64,000 nucleotides of DNA from Squalus acanthias (Eukaryota). A model generated the notes under the pieces. The model did no database searches. It was not told where the DNA came from and saw nothing but the letters and a program-made list of their open reading frames with translations. This document shows, piece after piece, positions 1-12,034 of the stretch (position 1 is its first letter; each line of letters starts with the position of its first letter). A program made the translations under genes and the position numbers. The stretch lies in the NCBI GenBank assembly GCA_030390025.1, contig CM059432.1, positions 137,084,001 through 137,148,000 of the forward strand, given 5' to 3'.

Positions 1-203
1 CACTGCCTGAAAGGGCGGTGGAAGCAGATTCAATAGTAACTTTCAAAAGGGAATTGGATAAATACTTGAAAAAGAAACAAATTGCAGGGCTATGGGGAAA
101 GAGCAGGGGAAGTGAGACTAATTGGATAGCTCTTTCAAAGTGCCAGCACAGACACGATGGGCCGAATGGCCTCCTTCAGTGCTGAATGATTCTATGATTC
201 TAT
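1..203 (+). mobile_element. CR1/HER1-like LINE 3' end
   Basis: Encodes the end of ORF2 (LPERAVEADSIVTFK) followed by gatgggccgaatggcctcct and an (attctatg)n tail; homologous to 19640-20000 and 42595-43042. Confidence 0.85.
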
Positions 204-239
204 GGTCTCTACTTCAATCATTCAATCAGTACATTGCAC

Positions 240-2100
240 AGCCTCACAACCCTCTGTGTACAATAAGTTTCACTTGTCCTTTGTCCTAAATCTCTTGTAT
301 TTAATTTTATATAAATCTGCCCTTGTTTTGGATCACTCCACCAATGGAATTCTATTTACCTTCTCCCATCCCTTCATTATTTTAAACAACTCGATTAAAT
401 CCTCTCTGTTCTAATAAACAGCTCCAATTTTTTTAATTTTCTCTTTGTATTTACAGTTCTTCATTCCAGGCAGCTTCATAGTGAATCTGTGCTGTACCCT
501 TTCTATTGCCTCAACATCCTTCCTATAGCCCACAATTGCACACAAAATTCCAACTGTGGTCTTACTGTGGTCTTAGACAAGTTGAGTGAGTGGGCAAATA
601 CATGGCAGATGCAGCATAACGTGGATAAATGTGAAGTTATCCACTTCGGTAGGAAAAACAGAAAGGCAGAGTATTATTTAAACGGTGATAGATTGGGAAA
701 TGTTGATGTACAAAGGGACCTGGGTGTCCTTGTGTACCAGTCACTGAAAGCAAACATGCAGGTGCAGCAAGCAGTTAGGAAGGCAAATGGTATGTTGGCT
801 TTCATTGCAAGAGGATTTAAGTACAGGAGCAACGATGTCTTACTACAGTTATACAGGGCCTTGGTGAGACCACACTTAGAGTACTGTGTGCAGTTTTGGT
901 CTCCTTACCTAAGAAAGGATATACTTGCCATAGAGGGAGTGCAGCGAAGGTTCACCAGACTGATTCCTGGGATGGCAGGACTGTCGTATGAGGAGAGATT
1001 GGGTCGACTAAGCCTGTATTCACTAGAGTTTAGAAGAATGAGAGGGGATCTCATTGAAACGTATAAAATTCTGACAGGGCTAGACAGACTGGATGCAGGG
1101 AGGATGTTTCCCCTGGCTGGGGGGCCTAGAACGAGGGGTCACAGTCTCAGGATACAGAGTAGGACATTTAGGACTGAGATGAGGAGAAATTTCTTCACTC
1201 AGAGGGTGGTGAACCTATGGAAATCTCTACCACAGAAAGCTGTGGAGGCCAAGTCACTGAATATATTTAAGAAGGAGATAGATAGATTTCTAGACACAAA
1301 AGGCATCAAGGGGTACGGGGAGAGAGCGGGAATATGGTATTGAGATAGAGGATCAGCCATGATCATATTGAATGGCGGAGCAGGCTCGAAGGGCCTACTC
1401 CTGCTCCTATTTTTCTACGTTCTATGTTCGACTGAGGTTATATATATATATCTTCTGCTTTGCATCCCAACTTTTAGATTCCATACCTCTTGCCATAAAA
1501 CCCTGTATTCCATTAGCTTCTTTATGGCCTTATCCACTTGAGGTGCTGCTTTTAATGGCTTGCGAACCTGAACCCCCAAACCCCCCCTGCTCTTCTACAT
1601 CACCCAATCTTCTTCCATTCAAAGTATAATTATTATGTTTTTAAACCAAAATGCACCACCTGGCACTGACTGACATTGATTTCAACTTTGCCACTTTTTT
1701 GCCCATTTCACAATCTTGTCAATATCCCCCGCAGTTCCCATTGGTCCCCAGAATTATTTACTGTTCTTTCTATGTTATTATTGTCTGTAAATTTTCACTC
1801 CACTCCCTGTAGCCCTACATCCAAATCGTTGAAGTATGCAGTGAACAGAAGTGGTCCCAGAACAGACCCCTTTGGGACACCTCTACCCACTTTCAAACAC
1901 TCGGAGAGATTGCTCTACCTCCTATTCCATGTTTCCTCCCTGCTAACCAGTTTTTAATCCAACTTGCTACCCTTCTCCTAATTCCATACCCATTGATCAT
2001 CTGCAGTCGTCTCCTGCATTGTACCTTGCTGAAGGCTCCCTGAAGGTATACCACATGCATTTCCCTCATGCATTATATCTGTCAGCTCTTTAAAGAAATC
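240..2100 (-). mobile_element. Old degenerate CR1 LINE fragment, split by a younger CR1 at ~572-1428
   Basis: Antisense similarity to CR1 ORF2 on both sides of the young copy (e.g. aacagaagtggtcccagaacagacccctttgggacacc = GVPKGSVLGPLLF on minus). Confidence 0.65.
572..1428 (+). mobile_element. Young 5'-truncated CR1 LINE (ORF2 C-terminus plus 3' UTR)
   Basis: ORF 489-1343 has LDKLSEWANTWQMQHNVDKC, LYRALVRPHLEYCVQFWSPY, RRMRGDLIETYKI and RRNFFTQRVVNLW; ttcta(t/c)g tail. Confidence 0.93.
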
Positions 2101-2247
2101 GCCTAATTACTTCCTCATTCACCTCATCTCCTCTGTTACTCATTTTAATCTTGGTAGTGTCCTGCTGTATGTACTTCGGCCCTTAGCCTTAATTTAGAAA
2201 AAAAAAGGACCGGCCACTTTCAAAGCACATGCAATTGAACCTAAAAT

Positions 2248-2365
2248 AAAGAAAGACTTGCATTTATATAGCGTCTTTCACGACCTCAGGACATCCCAAA
2301 GTGCTTTTCGGCCAATGAAGTACTTTTTGAAGTGTAGTCATTGTAATGTAGGAAATTGCGGCCGC
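2248..2365 (-). mobile_element. DeuSINE (SacSINE1-like) 3' fragment
   Basis: aaagaaagacttgcatttatatagcg tail shared with the full copies. Confidence 0.8.
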
Positions 2366-3465
2366 CAATTAAGTCTCATCCTGCTGTGCGTGTCAAATGG
2401 ATGCCTGCCCGCACATGTTTTAAGAGTTGGCGATGGGGACTGAGAAACTAGGGAGAAGCTCAAGAGAACAACAGCAACTTCTATTTACACAGTGGCTTTA
2501 ACATAGAAAAAGAAATATGATTGAGCCGTAAAGAAAAGTACAGGTTTGTGGAAGGAATATAGAAGAATCAGTGGTAGGTAGAGTAGTGGCAATGTATTTA
2601 AAAATACAGGTTTTGTAAGGTAATTTCAGTGGGATGACCTTTGGAAGCAGCATGTGGAGTAAGTCCAGGGTCTCAATGTACTAACCTGATATTGAAGTGC
2701 CCAGGAGGCTGCTTTAAGGATAGGTTGACACGGTAATTTTAGACTTGCTCTCAGTAGGAACGATCATATCCATGAGCGGAGATAAAAAGATTGCTTGCAA
2801 TTCTTAATATATTTTACGTGGTGACTGCACATCACTGTTCTGATAGCAGGGTATTCAAATTAGGCGAGTTGTATCCCTGAACAATTGCAGAGTCTGGAGT
2901 CACAATTTGGAAGATTAGCAAAAGCAAGCTGCTCCAGAGTGGTGATAATATTTCATTTTGAGTGTTGGCTGGTACTTAATGTTTAATAAAGCTCTAATAC
3001 TATAATTGTTCTTTTTTTTAAAAATTACAAGATAATAACATTGTAATTATATTTCTATAAATAATGAACATGTGTTTAATAAAAATAGCTGTTATCCCAC
3101 TGAAATAATTAATTAGAATATCGCAGTAATACACCAAATGTAAACTAGTACGTAACTGCTTTATAAATATTTTATAGTGACACATAACGCATTATTAATT
3201 AATAAAAATTATATCCTCGTGGACTGCGAATTCTTGTATCAGAAGACACAGATTATTTTCTGCAATTTTTCACCACTGGCATCAGCTTTTCATTCTGGAG
3301 TTTCACTATTAGCACAATTTCTCAACTCTGGCTGCCTCCCCACCTACAACACAATGTTAAAGTACAGAAAAAAGTACTTAGTGAATTATACAAAACAACA
3401 AGTGACTTCAGGATAATTATAGGTTGGGTAAATGATAGTTAGTGGCAATTTACCACTATTTCAAA

Positions 3466-3905
3466 GAAGAAAGAAAGACCTGCATTTATATAGCGCCTTT
3501 CACGACCACCGGACGTCCCAAAGCACTTTACAGCCACTGAAGTATTCTTTGAAGTGTAGTCACTGTTTCAATGTAGGAAACACAGCAGCCAATTTGTGCA
3601 CAGCAAGCTCCCACAAACAGCAATGTGGTAATGACCAGATAATCTGTTATAGTGATGTTGGTTGAGGGATAAATATTGGCCCCAGGACACCAGGGAGAAC
3701 TCCCCTGCTCGTCTTCAAAATAGTGCCATGGGATCTTTTACATCCATCTGAGAGAGCAGACGGAGCCTCAGTTTAATGTCTCATCTAAAAGACTGCACCT
3801 CTGACAGTGCAGCACTCCCTCAGCACTGCACTGGAGTGTCAGCCTGGATTTTTGTGCTCAAGTCTCTGGAGTGGGACTTGAACCTACAACCTTCTGACTC
3901 AGGAG
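3466..3905 (-). mobile_element. DeuSINE (SacSINE1-like), near full length
   Basis: B-box (ggttcaagtccc on minus), central Deu-like core, L2-like 3' tail. Confidence 0.88.
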
Positions 3906-4319
3906 TCAGAGCAAATTTCATAACCCACAAATTTACAATGCGGAAGGGTTGCCTAGTCTCATGTTATTCGGTAGTTTATTTCTAGGTAAACCACCATGCA
4001 TCGTCACTTATGTCATCAATACATGCGGAACAAATTGACTGGTTACTGAACTGTTCTTGGCACTGACAAGCAATGGCTTACAAAGAGCTGTACCTGTAGC
4101 ACCAACTCAGGGCAAGATTGAAATTGAATCGCAAAACCGGGACAGTTGAGAAGTGCACACCTCCATCCTTGGTCTGATACCCAGCCAAAATCCAGAGTTC
4201 TGTGGAGAAAGTGGGTACACGAACCTTTACACTTGAATCCCACATACCTAGGAAAAAATGGCTGATGCTCTCCCTCATATTGACACAGGTTCTTCTGGGT
4301 GTTATTTTAGATTGCCTCA

Positions 4320-4425
4320 TGTGTACACGCGTATATGTAAACACACATACACTCACGCACAAACGCACACACACATGCGTGTGCACACACACGCATACTC
4401 ACACATGTATACATACACGCACATC
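4320..4425. repeat. Degenerate (CA)n microsatellite
   Basis: Alternating cacaca/cgcaca/tacaca. Confidence 0.85.
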
Positions 4426-4519
4426 CCATGCTTCCTTATTTAAAATAACTAATTTTCAATATTTTTTTTTTGGTTTTTTTTTTCATTCTGACTTCCTCAG
4501 CCATGTTCCTCAGTCTGTT

Positions 4520-5485
4520 CAACAACATCAACGACTTACATTTATACAGCGCCTTTAACGTAGTAAAAATGTCCCATGGCGCTTCACAGGAGTGTTATAA
4601 AACAAAATTTGACACCGAGTTACATAAAGAGATGTAGGCCCGGATTTTACGGGGCCTGTACGATGTCGTAAGTACCCCACAAGTTCTGGGTTTCCGCATA
4701 CGATGCACATGCGTGAAAACCCGGAACTTGCGATCTGTCAAGTTTCTCCTTCTCATCGTCCGCATCCGCTGGAAATTCACTTTCACTGGCGCAGGGTTTG
4801 CCCAACTACTGCCCAGCGAATACCCACCAAACCCTTACGCCTGGTAAAAGCAGGCATAAGGGCTTATTTTACCAGCATAAGGGTTTAAATAAATGTTAAA
4901 ATAAAATTTTTAAAAAGATTTAAACATTCACTTATAGTTAAAATTAGTTTAGGTTATTTTTGTCCTGCTTAAAAATGTTTAAATCAATTTTTCAAAAATT
5001 TTATTTTTATTTTAATTGTTTAATCAAAGGGTATTTTAATTAATTTTGAACCTGTGATTATTTATTTTTATTTCAGCGTTGTGAAATTGTATTGATTTGG
5101 TGATTTCTATTGTGCTTATGGGGATTCTGTATGTAAATGGAATGCCCATAAGCACAATAGGAATCCCCCTCTGTCATTGGTTGGCCTGGCCCACGTGATC
5201 CCAGGGACACTTGCGAACCGCATGCAGCCCTGGGATCTGTGGGTCTTTACGCAGGCGTATGCCTGGAGGCCCAGGACCGCAAGAGTCCGAAGCTCCGGAG
5301 GCAGCAGGTAAGTACGGAGTTTTCTTGCCATTCGGAGGCGTACGCGGGCGGCAAGCCTCCGACTGCAATTTGCAGGCCATTAGGACAGCCAAAGAGGTAG
5401 GTTTTAAGGACAGTCTGATAGGAGGAGAAAGAGGTGGAGAGGTTTAGGGATGGAATTCCAGAGCTTAGCGCCTAGACAGCTGAAG
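4520..5485 (-). mobile_element. L2 LINE 3' end interrupted by a MITE at 4637-5378
   Basis: caacaac tail, gcgcctttaacgtagtaaaa and gacaccgag; resumes at attaggacag...aaagaggtagg. Confidence 0.85.
4637..5378. mobile_element. Harbinger-type MITE
   Basis: Ends ggcccggatttt / aatttgcaggcc; cleanly interrupts L2; homologous to 57494-58251; flanks GTA/ATT (imperfect TSD). Confidence 0.75.
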
Positions 5486-5787
5486 TCCAGATCATGTAAG
5501 GTAGATATGGGGCAAAAAACTACTGCTTGGGACGTCAAGCCAGCTGCAGCAGAAGACAGGCAGTGGAAGCACGTTACTCAGCAGCTGCCAAGTGTTGCAA
5601 CCCCCTCCTATTAAATCAAATTATTTCATGAGCTGGTTGGAAGGCGGACGTCACCTGCAGTTAATGATTCCGACATCCTGCTCCATACTGAACAAAGTAT
5701 AATATGATTGAGAGAGTTGCTGCAGGGGAGATGGAAGTTGTAAAGAGTTGCAGACTAAGAGTGAAGGATTGAGAGAGAAAGTCACTA

Positions 5788-6243
5788 AAAAGAAAGACTT
5801 GCATTTCTATAGCGCCTTTCATGACCACAGTACGTCCCAAAGCGCTTTACAGCCAATGGAGTACTTCTTGATGTGTAGTCACTGTGGGAAACGCAGCAGC
5901 CATTTGTGCACAGCAAGCTCCCACAAACCGCAATGTGATAATGACCAGATCATCGGTTTTAATGATGTTGGTTGAGGGATTAATATTGGCCAGGGCGCCG
6001 GGGAGAACTCACCTGCTCTTCTTCGAAATAGTGCCGTGGGATCTTTGACGTCCACCTGAGAGAGCAGATGGGGGGGGGCTTTGGTTTAATGTTTCATCCG
6101 GAAGACGGCACCTCCGACAGTGCAGCACTCCCTCAGTACTGGCACTAGGAGTGTCAGCCTAGATTTCGTGCTCAAGTCTCTGGAGTGGGACGACCTTCTG
6201 ACTCAGAGATGAGAGTGCTACCCACTGAGTCACGGCTGACACT
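5788..6243 (-). mobile_element. DeuSINE, full length
   Basis: tRNA head (gtgtcagccgtgactcagtgggtagc on minus) through to the tail. Confidence 0.88.
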
Positions 6244-6477
6244 TATTAGCCAAGCAGCTTCACTGCGTGCTGAAACGAAGGAAGTAAGAACATTTTAATT
6301 GCATATTTAAAGGGGATTATTAAAAAAAAAGAAAAGGAAGGAACAGTGCCTGAGACCTGCTTCCTGTCCTCGCTGTGTTCGCCCAGCAGACAAACATATC
6401 ACCTCTTTTATCAATTAGTAATATTGGAAAGTGATGTATGAGCAAGCGGGTATGAGAAAGGATCTAGTTAACAGGAA

Positions 6478-6950
6478 GAAAAAGAAAAAACTTGCATTTA
6501 TACAGCGCCTTTCATGACCTCAGGATGTCCCAAAGTGCTTTACAGCCAATGAAGTACTTTTCAAGTATAGTCACTGTTGTAATGTAGGAAACGCGGCAGC
6601 CAATCTGCGCACAGCAAGCTCTCACAAACAGCAATGTGATAATGACCAGATAATCTGTTGTGTTTTAGCGATGTTGATTGAGGGATAAATATTGGCCAGG
6701 ACACCGGGGATAACTCTCCTGCTCTTCTTCAAAATAGTGCCATGGGATCTTTTACATCCATCTGAGAGAGCAAACGGGGCCTCAGTTTAATGTCTCATCT
6801 GAAAGACTGCACCTCTGACAGTGTAGCACTCCCTCAATATTGCTCCAGAGTGTCAGACTGGATTTTTGTGCTTAAGTCTCGTGGAGTGGGACTGTGAACC
6901 CACAACTTTCTGACTCAGAGGTGAGAGTGCTGCCCACTGAGCCACAGCTG
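6478..6950 (-). mobile_element. DeuSINE, full length
   Basis: Head-to-tail match to the other copies. Confidence 0.9.
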
Positions 6951-8077
6951 GCAATAGGGGATACAATACGAAATGGGACACAGGGGCCAATCTTTCTCTC
7001 CCAATATTGTCTGGAGGCGAGTTGGGCGCAGGGCACTGGAATGTGTGTGGGGAGCACAGCCTCATTACGAAATTCTTGTCGGGCCTGATTTAAATATTAC
7101 TGGCGCACACCAGGCATGCATGGAGGTTCTGAGTGCAGGCCAAGGGCACAAAGATGCCCAGGTTCTCCTGTGAATCTTAAAGGCAGCATAATAGTGTCTG
7201 ATTAGTTTTATCAGCTAGGATCTCCATGAGGGGGGATATATCCCATGATGAGACCTGAGCTGTTACTATAGGGAAACCCATCCAATGATGAGACTGGTGC
7301 TATCAATGAAGGGGATTATAGTGTGAAATCGAGCCTGAGCTTTCAGTGAAGAGAATGCCTCACACAATGGGTCAATTGGGAATGTAAGGCTATTGAGCAA
7401 AACCCTACAGTCTGGCGTGTCTATAATCAGCTGTTCCTTTCTAGTTATTGTACTTTAACAACCTTTTTATTAAGCGCATAATAATTATTTATAGCAATGT
7501 TATTACAGTGTCATTAAACAACTGTTCTTTTCTTTTATAGTTAATAGTTCCTAAAGTTGAGATATTATGGCTTTGTTAAACACTAAGTGCTAGTTTTATA
7601 GTGAGCACTAAAAATGAAGTGTTACTGGAGTGAGGGAGATTTGTGTTCAAATATTCTAATTCTTTGCTTTAATCTTTTTTCAATAGTCTGTGCAGATTTG
7701 CAAAATAGTAACTGGCAGTTAATCTGAGCATAATGTTTAATGTATTCTGTAATATTAAGAGTTCAAATTACTTTCTAAGCAATGATTAACAGATGGGTTT
7801 TCTGTAATATTTTATTTCCAATACTAATGAGAGGCAAATTCACAATTGTCTCGATCTTCTGGTTATTCAAACATACGGTGGGTATTATATTGTCTATGTA
7901 ATTCGAAAATGCTTTTTGCTGTGTGATGGCTTTTTAAAATGAAAGTACATGTTTATGCAGCTAGTCACATATCAAGAGTATAAATATAGAATAATAGATA
8001 CCTAGAGGGGAACTGTCATCCTAGGTGTCTGTTTATACATAGGCATGTGTGTACTTACATTTATTTTTATTAATTTA

Positions 8078-8105
8078 AATATATATATATATATATATAT
8101 ATATT
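8078..8105. repeat. (TA)n microsatellite
   Basis: Direct observation. Confidence 0.9.
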
Positions 8106-8654
8106 TAAGCCTTATTATGTTTTCATGGAAAAAATTAGATATTCATCTATCTAACATCTTATGTTCCTGCAAGTTTCCTTGTGTCTGGTGTTGAAAGGAT
8201 TGGGGGCAGGGCGGGGGTTGGGGGGTGGAATTACGTTAATGAAGCAGTAGTGATTAGGTGATATCAAACTTGGGTTTTAAAAGCCTGAAGATTGGAGAAG
8301 GAAAGGAAAACTTAAAGAGGTAAGGTCCATTTTGAGGTCCATGGAAAAAATAAGTTAGTGTCGGAGACTGTTGAATGATCCTCGATTTCAACACAATCAA
8401 GGCTACAGGGAGGACAAAGAGTGCACAGGGTACCGTAAGCCATTGGATTGGTATGTGAGTAATACACTGCATCTGTTATTTAGTTATTTTGTTTTAGTGG
8501 ATTTCAATAAGTGGGTTTTATGCTGTGAGATAAGATCATGCACACTGAATTTATTTTGTATTTCATGGAGATGATCTTACAACACTGCAAGAAAAAATGG
8601 AATTTCACAGTGATGGCATTGGAGCCACTCTACAGCCTTTACAGCAATTTGATT

Positions 8655-8935
8655 CCCTCTTGCACATCCCCGACTTCCATCACTTCATCATTGGCAGCCG
8701 TGCCTTCAGCTGCCTGGGCCCTAAGCTCTGGAACTCCCTCCCTATGCCTCTCCGCCTCTCTCTCCTCCTTTAAGACGCTCCTTAAAACCTACCTCTTTGA
8801 CTGAGCTTTTGGACACCTGTCCTAATATCTCCTTACGCCAAACTTTGGTGTCAAACTTTGTTTGATAATACTCCTGTGAAGCGCCTTGGGACGTTTTACT
8901 ATGTTACAGGCGCTATATAAATGCAAGTTGTTGCT
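8655..8935 (+). mobile_element. L2 LINE 3' end
   Basis: ggcagccgtgccttcagc...ctctggaactccctcc...ggcgctatataaatgcaagttgttg. Confidence 0.87.
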
Positions 8936-9009
8936 TTAAAATGTACATTTAACCTTTATCATCTTAATTATAAATCACCTATCTAACATGTAATATAAAC
9001 AGATAAAAC

Positions 9010-9380
9010 TGAACATGTTTTCCTTTATACAGTGCCTTTTTACATCGCTCGATAATGCCTCAATGCACTTCACATCTAATGAATTGCTCTGAAGAGGGTG
9101 CCTATTATTGTGCAGACAAACACAACTGCTAATGTTCACACAGCAACTTTCCACAAACAGCCATTGGATCAATGACCACTTTGTTTGTTTTTAGTGGTGT
9201 TGGTTGAAGGGGAAATGTTGGCTATGATGCTAGGAGAACTCCCAGTTATTCTTCCAATAGTGCCATGGACCCTTAATGTCCTCCTGAACCACAAGAACAG
9301 ACAGACAGTCTTGGATTAACATCTCACCTGAAGGACTGCACCTGCGGCAATGAACCATTCCTTCAGTTCTGCACTGAGTA
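9010..9380 (-). mobile_element. Old, diverged DeuSINE copy
   Basis: Degenerate match to the SINE core (ttggttgaaggggaaatgttggc, ttcttccaatagtgccatgg). Confidence 0.6.
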
Positions 9381-9499
9381 AGGAGCCATGGGATACAATC
9401 TATAATTACATTCCACACTGAGTTATCAAACCAGCCCATTCATGCGTTATAAATTGTATCTCAAGCACTGGGAATCAACCAACATTGATGGGATGAAAG

Positions 9500-9905
9500 T
9501 TTGTTACCTTCTCCATGGAGGATGACAAGCAGGAAGAAAGAGCGCTGGAATTTGTCCACATTGTGAATTCCCGGACGTCCAAGGCATCATAAACTGCGTG
9601 CACGAGGTCCTGCCTGCTCCCCATCACAAATCAGCTCTGTCTCTCAACAGAAAGGGCTTCCATTCGCTCTGCGTTCAACTTCTTTGTGACCACAGGCAGT
9701 GAGTCATGCAGGTCTGTGCCCAGCTTCCTGACAGTAGTCATGAAGCTTGGATACTGTGCCAGTCCTCAGTATCTCCCCTGTTCCACCCAAACCATCAGGT
9801 GGCAGGCTGGCTATCCCCTCACCAGCTGGCTCATGAATCTTCTCAGGAACCAGGGAGCAGATGCGGGGCATCAATATAATCAGAGCCATGCAGCAACAAG
9901 GGTTG
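9500..9905 (+). pseudogene. PIF/Harbinger (HARBI1-like DDE) transposase remnant
   Basis: Manual translation: FVTFSMEDDKQEERALEF../FPDVQGIINCVH..NRKGFHSLCVQLLCDHRQ*VMQVCAQLPDSSHEAWIL..GW/GYPLTSWLM..YNQSHAATR; matches Harbinger motifs GAIDCTH, NRKGxHS, PGSxHD, GYPL and YNxxH; has a stop and frameshifts. Confidence 0.88.
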
Positions 9906-10049
9906 CACCAATGTCCTGTTACATTACTAAGATTAGGAAGACCATGAGCTATACCAAAAGAAAGCATTTTATTTCACTACTCCAGAAGACTTAATTCTTG
10001 ATTTGACAACTGGTTACATGACTGATGCCTATCTACAAATCACCCTTGT

Positions 10050-11010
10050 GCAAAGCCCTAGTGCTGGTCTTGTGTGCTCGGTTGCCTATCCTAGTGCTCC
10101 CACTAGTTCCCCGGTGGCTACAGCTTGGGAGGTGGAAGGCCGCTGAACTTCTGCTGAGGGCACTTGATATGGCCGTGGTGGGTGACCGCGAGGAGCTCTG
10201 TCCGTTGAGGACCTGGCTGCAGACGGCTGGGACTCAGCTTCGGTCGGGGCAGTCTAGCCTAGCTGGCTGTCTGGCGCCAATAAGGGGAGGCTGGCGGAGG
10301 AAGCAGGTATGCTGTCATCCTGAGAGGGAGGATCCCGTTGAGCCAATGCCACTCTCAGCGGGCTGAGCCTCAGCACCCCAACTGCTCTGAGCAAGAACAG
10401 AATGCAGGCCTTGCTGGGAGGCTCTCGAAGCCCCATATCCACGTTCTCCTTCAGGCTTTGTAAGCCACCGGGAGACGCTGGATGCCAGGGTGAAAACGGC
10501 AGCTGGCTGAGCTTCCATCGAAGCTGTCAGAGCCGCCACTCATCGCTGTGGGGCCCCCTGCAGTGCTCGGAGAGCTGACTGCTTGCTCCATGGTTGACTG
10601 CATGGTCTTGATGTCATGCGCAAAGACAGCACACAAGTTGGAGCTGGATTCCTCAGTGCTATCCAACATTGTGCGCAAGATCACTGCCATCAGCCCCATG
10701 TATTTAGAAGGTCCGTGTGGATTTCCATCAGCCCTCTTACGTATGGTGGGCCCTTGATGTCTTTACCTGTACCCTGTGTAGCAGGACTAGGATTTGCGCT
10801 CTGCCTCAATGAGCTTCTTCCTGGACCGTTCTACACCCCTGCCGTCTCTCCTGTGCACTAGTGCTGGCTGCATCTCCATATGCAGACCCCTCTAGCCTAC
10901 CGAACTACACACAGTTCCAGTCTTTGAGCTGATGTCTGCAAGTGTAGGATCACATGGTGCTTCCTGTTCTGCAGTGCTGTCCTCTTCTTCTTCCTAGCTC
11001 CCTGAACCTG
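10050..11010 (-). pseudogene. Probable remnant of the second Harbinger gene (Myb/SANT-type accessory protein, C-terminal exon)
   Basis: GC-rich decayed coding-like sequence converging on the transposase; minus-strand acceptor (ccctttcttccatttcag) near 11005-11025; the Myb domain itself was not seen. Confidence 0.5.
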
Positions 11011-11439
11011 AAATGGAAGAAAGGGACAAGGGTTAGCATTTGGTAGCATGGGTAAGCAGAGACAGAGGAGTGGCCTCCGAAAGCAGCAGTAATTTGCCAG
11101 GCATAATAATTATTTCAATTAATTAGGGGACCAATTTGGGGCCTTGGTTATGCCCACCTGATTGGGCTTGCAATCCCTGCGCGGTGCCCATTCAATGCCT
11201 GAAAAATCACTAAAACCAATTCCTACCCCTTTGTGTCCAGCCCAAGTGCATTGCATATGGACTGAAAGCGAAACCCTAAGAATGAAACGATGGTGTTTTT
11301 TCTTTAAACACTTTTTCTTTTTCTCACACTTTTACGATTCTATGGGCATCCTTCATCCTCCAGGACCTTGCCCAAGTGGCCGTTACTTGCGTCTAAGCTT
11401 GGCCAGTGAACATTAGCAGGCTACTTTCTGCAAGGCGTA

Positions 11440-11670
11440 TTGCAGCCAAACTCAATCTGGTCCACACACGTATTTTGCAGCAGCAGTTACTGAATAGCAG
11501 TCAGAAGTAAGGACCCTGGCTGATTTTCACCTCCTTGACCCAGGGGTCGCTGGGGGAAACTATAGTATGCCCAAGCCTGTGCCGGCTGAGAGGGCCTTTA
11601 CCCAGCACAGGTAGGAGATCAAACCTGGGGCTTTCCGAGCTCCACTGTTCGTCGAATAAACTCACTGGGC
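11440..11670 (-). mobile_element. Older tRNA-derived SINE family (distinct from the DeuSINE), diverged
   Basis: Minus strand ccccaggtttgatctcc (B-box-like)...gaaaatcagccagggtcc; similar to 17500-17615, 18350-19040 and 44200-44370. Confidence 0.55.
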
Positions 11671-11918
11671 CTTTGGAGAAGTGCCAAGTTCTAAACCTTG
11701 GTATGAGCCTTGAAACACACATGAAGATCTGTAACACTACAATTGGTCAATAGATTCACAAATGTGCTTCCCTTCCCCAACTATAAAAATGAAATCATTC
11801 CCGATTTTAAAAGATTCCGCTCAAACCTTTGTCCTTGGCCTTTCGCAATAGCTCTAAAGCAACTTCAAATGCAATTATTGTTACAGAATATATTGACACC
11901 TTGGTATATTAAAACAAT

Positions 11919-12034
11919 GGGGGCCATTTTAACTTTTATCACAATGGGGGGGAAATATCGGGCGAGATGTAAAACGGATGCCCGATTCGCTAGCACCTGT
12001 TTTTCGCCCGGCGATGAAAACTCAAATGACCCCC
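11919..12034. mobile_element. Tiny Harbinger-like MITE
   Basis: TIRs gggggccattt / aaatgaccccc with an internally self-complementary body; flanks aat/gat. Confidence 0.5.

Noticed and set aside
3432..3665. Recurrent peptide KKDLHLYSAFHD..CTASSHKQQC in many ORFs, suggesting a gene family
   Set aside because: It is the antisense translation of the DeuSINE
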